Assembly (NCBI RefSeq): GCF_001194135.2 | Contig: NC_069008.1 | Location: 12,594,830-12,658,829 of the forward strand | DNA: 64,000 nucleotides | Reading direction: 5' to 3' | Origin: Octopus bimaculoides | Lineage: Eukaryota | Shown: positions 10,949-21,849 of the stretch, one piece after another | Layout of the letters: every line of letters begins with the position of its first letter | How positions within the stretch are numbered: the first letter of the stretch is position 1 | Made by a program: the position numbers and the translations under genes | Notes under the pieces: generated by a model | The model's input: the letters and a program-made list of their open reading frames with translations, nothing else | Told to the model about the DNA's origin: nothing | Databases searched by the model: none

Positions 10949-12145
10949 ATGAGTAAAGAGCAAGGGAAAACATCACACCACTGTGATGCTTGTGGGAAAT
11001 CATTTTCTAACAGTCGTACATTAATAACACACAGATACACTCATACAGGAGAGAAACCATATAATTGTGATATCTGTGGCAAATCATTCTCTCATAATCA
11101 TAACTTAACTAGACACAAGCGTATTCATACAGGAGAGAAACCATATTGCTGTGATATCTGCGGTAAATCGTTTTCTGAAAATCATCACTTAACTGAACAC
11201 AAACGAAGTCATACAGGAGAGAAGCCATATCATTGTGATGTTTGTGGAAAATCATTCTCTGTAAGTCGTAAATTAACAACACACATACGTATTCATACGG
11301 GGGAGAAGCCATATCACTGTGATATCTGTGGTAGGTCATTCTCTCAAAATGGTGAATTAACTTCACACAAACATAGTCACACTGGAGAGAAACCATATCA
11401 CTGTGATGTTTGTGGTAAATCATTCTCTGAAAGTTGTAAGTTAACTAAACACAAACGTATTCACACAGGAGAGAAACCATATCACTGTGATATCTGTGGT
11501 AAATCATTCACTGAATCTCATCACTTAACTGGACACAAGCATATTCATACAGGAGAGAAACCATATTGTTGTGATATTTGTGGTAAATCATTCTCTGGAA
11601 GTAGTAACTTAACTAGTCACAAACATGTTCATACAGGAGAGAAACCATATCAATGTGATATCTGTGGAAAATCATTCTCTCAGAGTGGAACCTTAACTAA
11701 TCACAAACGTATTCACACAGGAGAGACTCCATATCATTGTGATATCTGTAGCAACTCATTCTCTAAGAGTCGTGAATTAACTATTCACATGCGCGTTCAC
11801 ACAGGAGAGAATCCATATCACTGTGATATCTGTGGTAAATCATTTTCCAGAAATCAACACTTGACTGAACACAAACGTATTCATTCTGGAGAGAAACCAT
11901 ATTGCTGTAATATCTGTGGCAAATCATTCTTTCGAAGTGGTGATTTAACTATTCATATCCGTATTCACACTGGAGAGAAGCCATATCATTGTGATATTTG
12001 TGGTAAATCGTTCTCTCAAGGTCATCACCTAACTGAACACAAACGAAGTCATACAGGAGAGAAACCATATCACTGTGGTACCTGTGGTAAATCATTCTCT
12101 GAAAGTGGTAAGTTAACTAGACACAAACGTATTCACACAGGATAA
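10949..12145 (+). CDS. C2H2 zinc-finger array protein ZNF-B (14 fingers)
   Basis: Intact finger array. ATG at 10949 (agtgacATG). Conserved acceptor AG at 10547-10548. Ends TAA TAG inside a linker. Confidence 0.92.
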   Translation: MSKEQGKTSHHCDACGKSFSNSRTLITHRYTHTGEKPYNCDICGKSFSHNHNLTRHKRIHTGEKPYCCDICGKSFSENHHLTEHKRSHTGEKPYHCDVCGKSFSVSRKLTTHIRIHTGEKPYHCDICGRSFSQNGELTSHKHSHTGEKPYHCDVCGKSFSESCKLTKHKRIHTGEKPYHCDICGKSFTESHHLTGHKHIHTGEKPYCCDICGKSFSGSSNLTSHKHVHTGEKPYQCDICGKSFSQSGTLTNHKRIHTGETPYHCDICSNSFSKSRELTIHMRVHTGENPYHCDICGKSFSRNQHLTEHKRIHSGEKPYCCNICGKSFFRSGDLTIHIRIHTGEKPYHCDICGKSFSQGHHLTEHKRSHTGEKPYHCGTCGKSFSESGKLTRHKRIHTG

Positions 12146-12292
12146 TAGCTATATCACTGTGATATCTGTGGTAAATCATTCTCGTTCATACAGCAGAGAG
12201 TCCATATATTTTTAGCAAATCATTCCCTCAAAGGATTCACTTAACAAAATATGTACTACAGTAGGTGTATCAGTGTGAACATTTTGGTTCTC

Positions 12293-12298
12293 AATAAA
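12293..12298 (+). terminator. poly(A) signal of ZNF-B
   Basis: tcAATAAAtgaagaatt at the homologous position. Confidence 0.55.
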
Positions 12299-12883
12299 TG
12301 AAGAATTTCTCTTGTATGGTATTTGATTGTACTTTCTTTGCTTATATTATTATAAAGATGAACTGAACTACTGCTTCCTCTACATATGGTTATATGTATA
12401 TTGAGAGAATATAGATACATACACTGTGAATTTTGACGAAAAAAATCAATTTGTTGTTGTCATTAAAATGTTTGAACATCTTAAGATATTTTTATAATCA
12501 ATCAAAATAGATTCTTCATTAGATGTTTGATATGCTACATGTGTCATTCTTGATGTAAACATATGGACACATACACCTTTGGGTACAAGCATTTATATAT
12601 ATATGGGTCTTTGTCCATATGTTCATGTGTGTGATTGTGCATGTGTAGTTATCCACCTCCTTCACATATTCTCTCTCTCTTTCTCTCCCCTGCAGACACT
12701 CATTCTATTTCTTTCCATTTGTGTAGTGGTGAGTTTGCATGAATGTACATGTATGAAACAATGTGTTTGTGTATTTATGTACAAGACATACACACTCATA
12801 AAATTTTATTCATCCGCATGAAATGCCTAAGAATCTAGGAGAATACCTCTACATTTTAGCTTGTGACGAGAGGGTATATCAAC

Positions 12884-13330
12884 ATCATCGTTTAACGTCT
12901 GCTTTCCATGCTAGCATGGGTTGGACAGTTTGACTGAGGACTGGCAAGCCAGATGGCTGCACCAGACTCCAATCTGATCTGGCAGAGTTTCTACAGCTGG
13001 ATGCCCTTCCTTATACCAATCACTCTGAGAGTGTAGTGGGTGCTTTTACGTGCCACCAGCACGAGGGCCAGTCAGGCGGTACTGGCAACGGTGATATTAC
13101 GTGCCACCTGCACAGGAGCCAGTCCAGTGGCACTGGCAATGACCTCGCTCGAATGTTGTTTTTCACGTGCTACCAGCACAAATGCCAGTAAGGTGACGCT
13201 AGTAATGATCACACTTGGATGGTGCTTTTTACGTGCCACCGGCACGGGAGCCAGTCAGCGGCCCTGGCAACGATCACTCTCGGATGGTGCTCTTAGCGCT
13301 CCACTAGCACGGATACCAGTCATGTGGTGC
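12884..13330 (-). mobile_element. RTE-LINE 3' UTR fragment with about 5 hairpin modules
   Basis: Conserved tail plus tandem ~60 bp GTGCCAccGGCAC / GCCAGT..ACTGGC modules. Confidence 0.8.
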
Positions 13331-13353
13331 TGTCATTGAATTTGATTTTGGGA

Positions 13354-13722
13354 TCATCATCATCATCGTTTAATGTCTGCTTTCCATGCTAGCATGGGTT
13401 GGACGATTTGACTGAGGACTGGTGAACCAGATGGCTACACCAGGCTCCAATCTAATTTGGCAGAGTCTCTACAGTTGGATGCCCTTCCTAATGCCAACCA
13501 CTCTGAGAGTGTAGTGGATGCTTTTATGTGTCACCAGCACGAGGGCCAGTCACACGGTACTGGCAACGGCCATGCTCAAAAAGGTGTTTTTTACATGCCA
13601 CCTGCACGGCAGCAAGTCCAGCGGCACTGGCAACGACCTCGCTCGAATGATTTTCTAGCGTGCCACCAACACAAGTGCTAGAAGGCAATGCTGGTAACGA
13701 TTACGCTCTAATGGTGCTCTTT
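13354..13722 (-). mobile_element. RTE-LINE 3' UTR fragment (second tandem copy)
   Basis: (CAT)n tail and the same body; runs into an N gap. Confidence 0.8.
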
Positions 13723-14084
13723 ANNNNNNNNNNNNNNNNNNNNNNNNNNNNNNNNNNNNNNNNNNNNNNNNNNNNNNNNNNNNNNNNNNNNNNNNNNNNN
13801 NNNNNNNNNNNNNNNNNNNNNNNNNNNNNNNNNNNNNNNNNNNNNNNNNNNNNNNNNNNNNNNNNNNNNNNNNNNNNNNNNNNNNNNNNNNNNNNNNNNN
13901 NNNNNNNNNNNNNNNNNNNNNNNNNNNNNNNNNNNNNNNNNNNNNNNNNNNNNNNNNNNNNNNNNNNNNNNNNNNNNNNNNNNNNNNNNNNNNNNNNNNN
14001 NNNNNNNNNNNNNNNNNNNNNNNNNNNNNNNNNNNNNNNNNNNNNNNNNNNNNNNNNNNNNNNNNNNNNNNNNNNNNNNNNNNN

Positions 14085-14115
<31 letters not shown>

Positions 14116-14130
14116 TATATATTTATTTAT

Positions 14131-15740
14131 TTAAGCAACCAAATTTCCCTTAACAAAATGATTCTGCATGCATGCGTGTGTGTGTGTGTGTGTGAATAAG
14201 GGGTCACAAAGCAGCCTTCACATAATAACCAAATCTCCTTCAAATCTTTATCGTAAGCCTAATGATTGAAATAAATTTCAATATCTTAATTTTCTCATTA
14301 AGATGTTGCTGCTTTCATGACCCAGTAGGTAAGGGTGATCAGAAGTGGAAGCTTCAAATTTCTGCCAGGAATTACAAGGGACCTTATTAAATATTTTTTT
14401 AAGCAACCAGTTTTCCCTCAACAAAAAGATTGTGTGTGTCTATGTGTGAAGAAGAGGCTACAAAGCAGCCTTGATATAGTAACCAAATCTCCCTCAAAAT
14501 TTTTATAGTAAACCCAATAATTGAAATAAATTTAAATATTGTAATTATCTCTTTAAAGTTGTTACTTCTTTGATTGTCCAGTAGGTAAGTGTGCTTAGAA
14601 GTAGTAACTGAACACACCAGTAGAGTTTCAGGTCTCTGCCAGGAATTACATGGGGTCTCATTAAATATTTTCATTTAAGCAACCAAATTACCCTGAACAA
14701 AAAGATTGTGTGTGAAGAAGTGGCCACAAGGCAGCCTTCACATAGTAACCAGATCTCCCTCATATATTTATAGTAAATACAATATTTGAAGTAAATTTAA
14801 GTNNNNNNNNNNNNNNNNNNNNNNNNNNNNNNNNNNNNNNNNNNNNNNNNNNNNNNNNNNNNNNNNNNNNNNNNNNNNNNNNNNNNNNNNNNNNNNNNNN
14901 NNNNNNNNNNNNNNNNNNNNNNNNNNNNNNNNNNNNNNNNNNNNNNNNNNNNNNNNNNNNNNNNNNNNNNNNNNNNNNNNNNNNNNNNNNNNNNNNNNNN
15001 NNNNNNNNNNNNNNNNNNNNNNNNNNNNNNNNNNNNNNNNNNNNNNNNNNNNNNNNNNNNNNNNNNNNNNNNNNNNNNNNNNNNNNNNNNNNNNNNNNNN
15101 NNNNNNNNNNNNNNNNNNNNNNNNNNNNNNNNNNNNNNNNNNNNNNNNNNNNNNNNNNNNNNNNNNNNNNNNNNNNNNNNNNNNNNNNNNNNNNNNNNNN
15201 NNNNNNNNNNNNNNNNNNNNNNNNNNNNNNNNNNNNNNNNNNNNNNNNNNNNNNNNNNNNNNNNNNNNNNNNNNNNNNNNNNNNNNNNNNNNNNNNNNNN
15301 NNNNNNNNNNNNNNNNNNNNNNNNNNNNNNNNNNNNNNNNNNNNNNNNNNNNNNNNNNNNNNNNNNNNNNNNNNNNNNNNNNNNNNNNNNNNNNNNNNNN
15401 NNNNNNNNNNNNNNNNNNNNNNNNNNNNNNNNNNNNNNNNNNNNNNNNNCGAGACCACCAAGACACCCAATATTAATGTAGTAAATTAAGAGATATTTAA
15501 ATTGATCATAACTAAAGATAAAAAACAAAAACTATCTCATCACAGCTGTAGCTCAGTAATTAATCCCAAATTGGGGAGCTGTTTAGATGCCTTTGTAGGT
15601 AAGGACATTGATTAGTAAGTAGGGATTTAATGCACTGGGAGAGGGTTTCAATCTGTAACTCTCCCAAGGAATTACATGAGCAGTGGAGTGCGGGGAGTAA
15701 ATATTTTATTTTTAAAAATTTCAAATTTTTATAAACACCA
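14131..15740 (+). repeat. diverged ~270 bp tandem repeat array (partly in gap)
   Basis: Units start taagcaacca at ~14131, 14401 and 14677. Shared blocks AAGCAGCCTT, CCAGTAGGTAAG and GCCAGGAATTACA. A more diverged unit follows the gap; a solo partial copy lies at 54265-54425. Confidence 0.75.
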
Positions 15741-16084
15741 AGGATAGTGCTCCTATATATATATATATATATAAAATATATACATGATATATATATAATA
15801 TATATATATATATAGTATATATATATATATTGTTTAAACTGCATGTCCCATATAAAACCATTTTATTTGTAAATTAAATTTGTACAAAAGTTATATCACA
15901 ATATTTACATAATTATACAAATGCTTGCCAATAGTGTGCATGGAAAAGTACATTAAAGATGAAGCAATACTTTTAAACACAGATCGTTGCAGAGACCAAG
16001 AATCTTCTTGCGTTCATCCATACCCTCTGAAACATTCTGTAATGTTTGTGCTGATTCTGGTGCACTTTTGCTTTCATAAACTGT

Positions 16085-16265
16085 ATTTGCAAGACCCCTT
16101 TTGTCAGTTTTCTTGGGTGCTTGATCTTGATAGCCTTTCGTAATTGCCTCACCAGCTTGGCCTTGTACTCTCCATCGATGGTGTAGCCCTTTTGAAGACT
16201 GTCAATAAACAATGCCTTCTGTTTCACCTTCTCTGCAGTAAAAGACCCTGTTGCACACAATTGGT
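16085..16265 (-). mobile_element. mariner transposase fragment
   Basis: FIDSLQKGYTIDGEYKAKLVRQLRKAIKIKHPRKLTKGVL, typical of the mariner DD34D catalytic region. Confidence 0.7.
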
Positions 16266-16404
16266 CAGCATTCTAAAAGTCTGTAAAATAAATTGTTTTA
16301 TTAGAACATAACAAGAAATTATTGTCTTCTGATTCTTTCTGCACAAAGTTGATTTTCTTTATTATGAGATTCTTGAATGAAACTGATGTTTGTACCAATT
16401 GAAT

Positions 16405-16763
16405 TTATTATGGGTGGCACATGAGATGCACCATTTTGAGCGTGGCCGTTGCCAGTACCGCCTGACTGGCTCCTGTAGGATTTTCGAGCGAGATCGTTGC
16501 CAGTGCCCCTGGACTGGCTTGTGCGGGTGGCACATAAAAGACACCATTTCGAGCGTGGCCGTTTTCGTGCGGGTGACACGTAAAAGCACCCACTACACTC
16601 TCTGAGTGGTTGGCGTTAGGAAGGGCATCCAGCTGTAGAAACTCTGCCAAATCAGACTGGAGCCTGGTGTTGCCATCCGGTTTCACCAGTCCTCAGTCAA
16701 ATCGTCCAACCCATGCTAGCATGGAAAGCGGACGTTAAACGATGATGATGATGATGATGATGA
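16405..16763 (+). mobile_element. young RTE-LINE 3' UTR fragment
   Basis: Nearly identical to 60207-60432; (GAT)n tail. Confidence 0.85.
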
Positions 16764-16789
16764 TTTACATGTATATTCTGACAACCTTT

Positions 16790-18040
16790 GTATATTGATT
16801 TACAAGGTGTTTAATAACTTTCTGTACCGTGTCATATTACTGACTATTGTACTTTTTGCTAAAGCACTTTCACATGGTTTGGCATAGAATCCACCAATGT
16901 TGAACATATTTTTTCAGTTCTTCGTCATGGTATCAAGCCTTAATAACAGCATAGATTAGCTTCTGCATCATCGAATAGTCATCTTTTCTGATTTTGCATT
17001 TTCTATGGGGTTGATATCAGGAGAATTTCTAAGCCAATCGAGGACGCTTATTTCACTTTCTGTGAAGAACATGTGCATTTTTCTGAAAGAATGGTATGGA
17101 GCGAGATTGCAGGAAAATAACATCTCCACTAGGAAAACCCTTTTGCATCACGGGAAGTGAGCCTGTAGGATCGCTTTTTATTTATCGCTTTCCATCAATC
17201 TGTAGCAAGGAAGTTATGTTCCCTCATTCTGTTGTCGGTAGTTGGTACTTTCATGGCACTGTACTCACAGCAGTCTTTGCAACATAACATTTTCAACATT
17301 AATAAGCCGTCCTGGACCGTCAACAGTAGAAAAGCTCCCAAAATATTACCTTAGGTATGTGTTTGTCACTCTGTCTCACTACCACTGACCTGTACCCATG
17401 CATTTCAAAACACAATTCATCTTAATATATCACCTTCTACCTTCCATTCAGCATAAATGCGTGTCCAATGCAGACGTTTTCTTTTCATAACAGCAGTCAA
17501 TAAATGTCTACACACCGGCTTTCTGGCACATCTGCTAACTCCAAGGAACCTTCGTCAGACATTTGACGAGGAAACATTTACACCTGCTGAAGCCAAATGT
17601 CCCTGAAGGTCGTTACTGGTTATCCTTGAATCCGTCATGCTATTTCTGATCAAAACCTTATCATCGTAAGGTGTTGTCTTGTGCTGTCTTCCACATCTTC
17701 TTCAGCGCAGTGTTGCTTGTATACCAGTGTCTTCATTCAGCTCTCTTCACAGTTGACTTTGCCACATTCATTTCTTCAGCACTCTGTCTTATACTAAAAC
17801 CAGCCTTTTTTCTAAGAGCTACAATCTTCGCATGTTTCATGAATTTCAGGACTAACAATGAACACACGCAGGAACACAGAAAGAACTCTAGTGTAGTACT
17901 GAAGGAAATGTTCAAGTGAATTCACAACTGATTAGATGCTTGGTGTTGCCGTAATGGCATCTAACAAGAAAAACTTCATTAGTTTAGTCAAAGATTACGA
18001 CATGTAAAAGTCCTGTCCAGATTAATTTGCGCACTACTGT
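16790..18040 (-). mobile_element. Tc1-like transposon, degenerate
   Basis: N-terminal HTH ORF (17733-17915), SPDINPIEN motif near 17000-17035, and one TIR-like end cagtagtgcgcaaattaatctggaca at ~18040. Confidence 0.7.
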
Positions 18041-18063
18041 ATGTATGTATGTGTGTGTGTGTG

Positions 18064-18221
18064 TCATCATCATCATCATCATCGTTTAACGTCCGCTTTC
18101 CATGCTAGCATGGGTTGGACGATTTGACTGAGGACTGGTGAAACCGGATGGCAACACCAGGCTCCAGTCTGATCTGGCAGAGTTTCTACAGCTGGATGCC
18201 CTTCCTAACGCCAACCACTCA
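18064..18221 (-). mobile_element. RTE-LINE 3' tail fragment
   Basis: (CAT)n plus conserved tail; truncated by a gap. Confidence 0.8.
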
Positions 18222-18329
18222 NNNNNNNNNNNNNNNNNNNNNNNNNNNNNNNNNNNNNNNNNNNNNNNNNNNNNNNNNNNNNNNNNNNNNNNNNNNNNNN
18301 NNNNNNNNNATATATATATATATATTACA

Positions 18330-18612
18330 GTTCTATATTTAAGAGATGAGGAATTATTTACATTATTTACATTATTTACATTTGACGGATATTTGTCCTC
18401 ATCTTGTTTGTTGTCAACACGTTTCGGCTGATATACCCTCCTCAGGTGTCTTGGGGAAATTTCGAACCTGGGTTCTCATTCCTAACGATGTTACTATTAT
18501 TATATTATTATTATTATTACTATTATTAATCAGGTTGCTGCCATGAATTGAACTCGGAACCTTGGGGTTAGTAGCCCGCGCTCTTAACCACTACGCCATA
18601 TGCCCGTGGGCA
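18330..18612 (-). mobile_element. tRNA-headed SINE (different family)
   Basis: Head GGCGTAGTGGTTAAGAGCGCGGGCTACTAACCCCAAGGTTCCGAGTTCAATT, then (AAT)n and a (TAAATAATG)n tail. Confidence 0.7.
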
Positions 18613-20256
18613 TAAGTTCTGTCCGAATTTTGAATGAAAAAAACAAGTGATCAACTGTTATATTTAATTGAAGTTTAATCATCAATGTGCTTTCCCTGAT
18701 TATCTATGACTTCCTTCCATCTATTTACAAGCTTTTTAATCCCATCAATATAAAACTCTTTTGGCTTCAAAGCGAAGAACTCTGAAATGTCAGCTTCGAC
18801 CTCCTCCTGGCTTGCGAAAGTTATGTCCCCCAAAATGATTCTGTAAACTACGAAACAAATGGTAGTCTGAAGGGGCAAAGTCAGGAGAATAAGGTGGATG
18901 AGGAATTTTTTCCAACCAAGCTCTTTGATCTTCTATGATGTGATCTTTGCAGTGTGGGGTCAATCATTGTCCTGATGAAACATCACTCCTTTTCGGTTCA
19001 CTAAAGTGGGTCTTTTCTTCTTCAAAGCTTGGTTCAAACGCTCTAGTTACTGACAGTAGACTTGAGCATTGATTGTTGCATTAGGTGGTAACAATTCAAA
19101 GTGAATTACTCCTTTGCAATCCCACCAGATAAAGAGAAGAACCTTTTTCTCATGAAGTTCCCTTCTTGGTTGTGGTTGAGCTTTTTCACTTTTACCAAGC
19201 CACTGTTTACAATGTTTAACATTTCGATAGAAGATCCATTTTTCGTCACCAGTCACAAGTCTATCCAAAAAAGGTGAAATGAGTTCGCGAGAATGGAGAG
19301 AAGAGCAGATGTCAACTCGGGATTTGTGGTTGCTTTTGGACAATTCATGAGGCACCCATTTTCCAAGTTTAGGAACCTTTCCAAGTTGTTGAAATGACGA
19401 TGAACAGTTGTATNNNNNNNNNNNNNNNNNNNNNNNNNNNNNNNNNNNNNNNNNNNNNNNNNNNNNNNNNNNNNNNNNNNNNNNNNNNNNNNNNNNNNNN
19501 NNNNNNNNNNNNNNNNNNNNNNNNNNNNNNNNNNNNNNNNNNNNNNNNNNNNNNNNNNNNNNNNNNNNNNNNNNNNNNNNNNNNNNNNNNNNNNNNNNNN
19601 NNNNNNNNNNNNNNNNNNNNNNNNNNNNNNNNNNNNNNNNNNNNNNNNNNNNNNNNNNNNNNNNNNNNNNNNNNNNNNNNNNNNNNNNNNNNNNNNNNNN
19701 NNNNNNNNNNNNNNNNNNNNNNNNNNNNNNNNNNNNNNNNNNNNNNNNNNNNNNNNNNNNNNNNNNNNNNNNNNNNNNNNNNNNNNNNNNNNNNNNNNNN
19801 NNNNNNNNNNNNNNNNNNNNNNNNNNNNNNNNNNNNNNNNNNNNNNNNNNNNNNNNNNNNNNNNNNNNNNNNNNNNNNNNNNNNNNNNNNNNNNNNNNNN
19901 NNNNNNNNNNNNNNNNNNNNNNNNNNNNNNNNNNNNNNNNNNNNGTTGTTTCATTCAAACATTCTTTCCCATAAACTGAATGTATGTTTCCAGTCGCTTC
20001 GGCTGCAGAGTTTCCTTTTTTGACTCATAAAGCATTATGTGCCTTAAATGCTCTTTGGATACTTCCATGTTAGAAAGGGTTTTAATCAAAGACATTTTAA
20101 TTTTATTATTCTGTAAAGTAATATTTAATTAGTTTAAATGTACACAAATGCATAAAAATAATTTTTAATTCTATTAGACATTCTAAAATACTATTAAATT
20201 TCATTCAATTTAAAAAAAAAGGTAAAATCGGACAGAACTTATGGGATGACCTGATA
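18613..20256 (-). mobile_element. mariner (Mos1-like) element, defective
   Basis: WVPHEL, LVTGDEKWIFY and LLFIWWD motifs. TIR cataagttctgtccga at both ends, the left one clipped by the SINE. Frameshifts and a gap inside. Confidence 0.9.
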
Positions 20257-20867
20257 TATAAAATCAGGGGAACTAACTCACACCGCTTAAAGAAAAACTT
20301 TCTATATTGTTTATCACGTCTTTAATGTAGTCTATGTCGATTAGTGGTAAAGGACACGATACAAAGTTACAACTGGCTGTAATAATCAGAAAGAACTGTG
20401 TATGATTTATAAGTGATATGTTATTCTGCATTGTTGAGATACAAATGATGTTCTTATGTTTTCATGAAATAATTAAGTCAATAAGCTAACTAAAAGCTAC
20501 ACTTAATGGAATATGTGTCTCTTAAATTTCTAGGCATAGTTCCGTTGACTTATTTCCCATTATAAAGCAAAATGTCTAGTCAGGAAGTACTCAGTCCAGA
20601 CTTGAATAAATGACGGTAGACGACAAGTGTATGACGTTTAAATGTAATTCTCTGTTAAATCTGTTCCAACGAAACTACAGTGGCTGTCATAGAGAAAGGG
20701 GAAACATTGCAGGTTATAAACGAGGTAGTTGTTTACAGCGTTTGCTGTTACTGTGTGACGTAATGGAAGACTTGTAGTAGCGAGACCAATTAGTATTGAG
20801 TTTGGTTTATATAGATTCACCACACTAATTTGTTGTGATTGGTAAAATATCCATTACTAGTTTTTGG

Positions 20868-21714
20868 CGGTAATCTTCCAGTTTCGAGAGGTTAAAAAAG
20901 TAAATAAAATACAAGGGAAATAACTGAACGTCTTACCAGTATTATCCGTATTACTTTGTTTATAAATAAATCACGTGATTTGATTGACGTTAACTGTTTA
21001 TATATAAATCACACACGTGATTGAATATCATAGTTTCTTATGAGAAATCGAAAATGCCTCGTGGAAGACTGGCTGCACAACATCTTATTGTTGCTGAAAA
21101 CGAAATCCTAACTCGTGAATTAATATTAGAGGAAAAATAGAAAATCTGTGATTTAATCAGTNNNNNNNNNNNNNNNNNNNNNNNNNNNNNNNNNNNNNNN
21201 NNNNNNNNNNNNNNNNNNNNNNNNNNNNNNNNNNNNNNNNNNNNNNNNNNNNNNNNNNNNNNNNNNNNNNNNNNNNNNNNNNNNNNNNNNNNNNNNNNNN
21301 NNNNNNNNNNNNNNNNNNNNNNNNNNNNNNNNNNNNNNNNNNNNNNNNNNNNNNNNNNNNNNNNNNNNNCGACTTATTAGAAATAAGTTTACCTGCGACG
21401 ACTGTCTAGTACCATGCGGACTTATTACACGTGGTGACAGAATAGACGGAAAAGAATGGTACTGTAAACAGTGTAAAAAAAAGAAATCTGTCCGCTACGG
21501 TTCATGCTGTTTGTAAAAAGAAAAAACATTTAAAACTTTTATAAAAAAAAAAAATTCCGTCGCATGCTGTTTTAGATTCTTTTCTGCCTGTTAAAATTCC
21601 GTCGCATGCTGTTTTAGAGAAAAAGTAGTACGGATAATACTGGTAAGTCGTTCAGTTATTTCCCTTGAATATTTTTATTTATTTCTTTTAGCTCTCGAAA
21701 CTAGAAGATTACCG
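20868..21714. mobile_element. non-autonomous DNA transposon with ~95 bp TIRs and a 7-8 bp TSD
   Basis: cggtaatcttccagtttcgagag...attatccgta is mirrored at 21620-21714; tttttgg repeats directly on both sides. Confidence 0.75.
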
Positions 21715-21849
21715 TTTTTGGCTAGTTATTGAGTCTTGTGTCGTGATTAGTTAAGCGTTGCCCAGGAATTGGATTGAAAGTTCAATCACGTTGCATGTAA
21801 CATTGTAAGCGACAATTCTGCATGTGTTGTGGGGCCTTTCACTCAGAGT

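Noticed and set aside
11109-11423. Antisense ORFs rich in [20 protein letters not shown] (also 24000-25067, 33116-33430, 44967-46052, 63128-63835)
   Set aside because: Shadow frames of the opposite-strand finger repeats; no independent signals.
13030-13330. CRISPR-like array of palindromic repeats
   Set aside because: Eukaryotic context, no cas genes; the intervening parts are homologous to each other rather than unique spacers.
14310-14345. SECIS element (ATGA...GA in a stem)
   Set aside because: Upper helix too short, no apical AA loop, and ATGA is absent in the other units.
14760-15528. Long ORFs made mostly of X (also 13.7, 19.4, 50.9, 55.1 and 59.3 kb)
   Set aside because: Artefacts of N gaps having no stop codons.
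18540-18612. tRNA genes (also 22730-22803, 3290-3357, 29208-29290)
   Set aside because: A/B boxes are present but the acceptor stems do not close and each runs into a SINE body.
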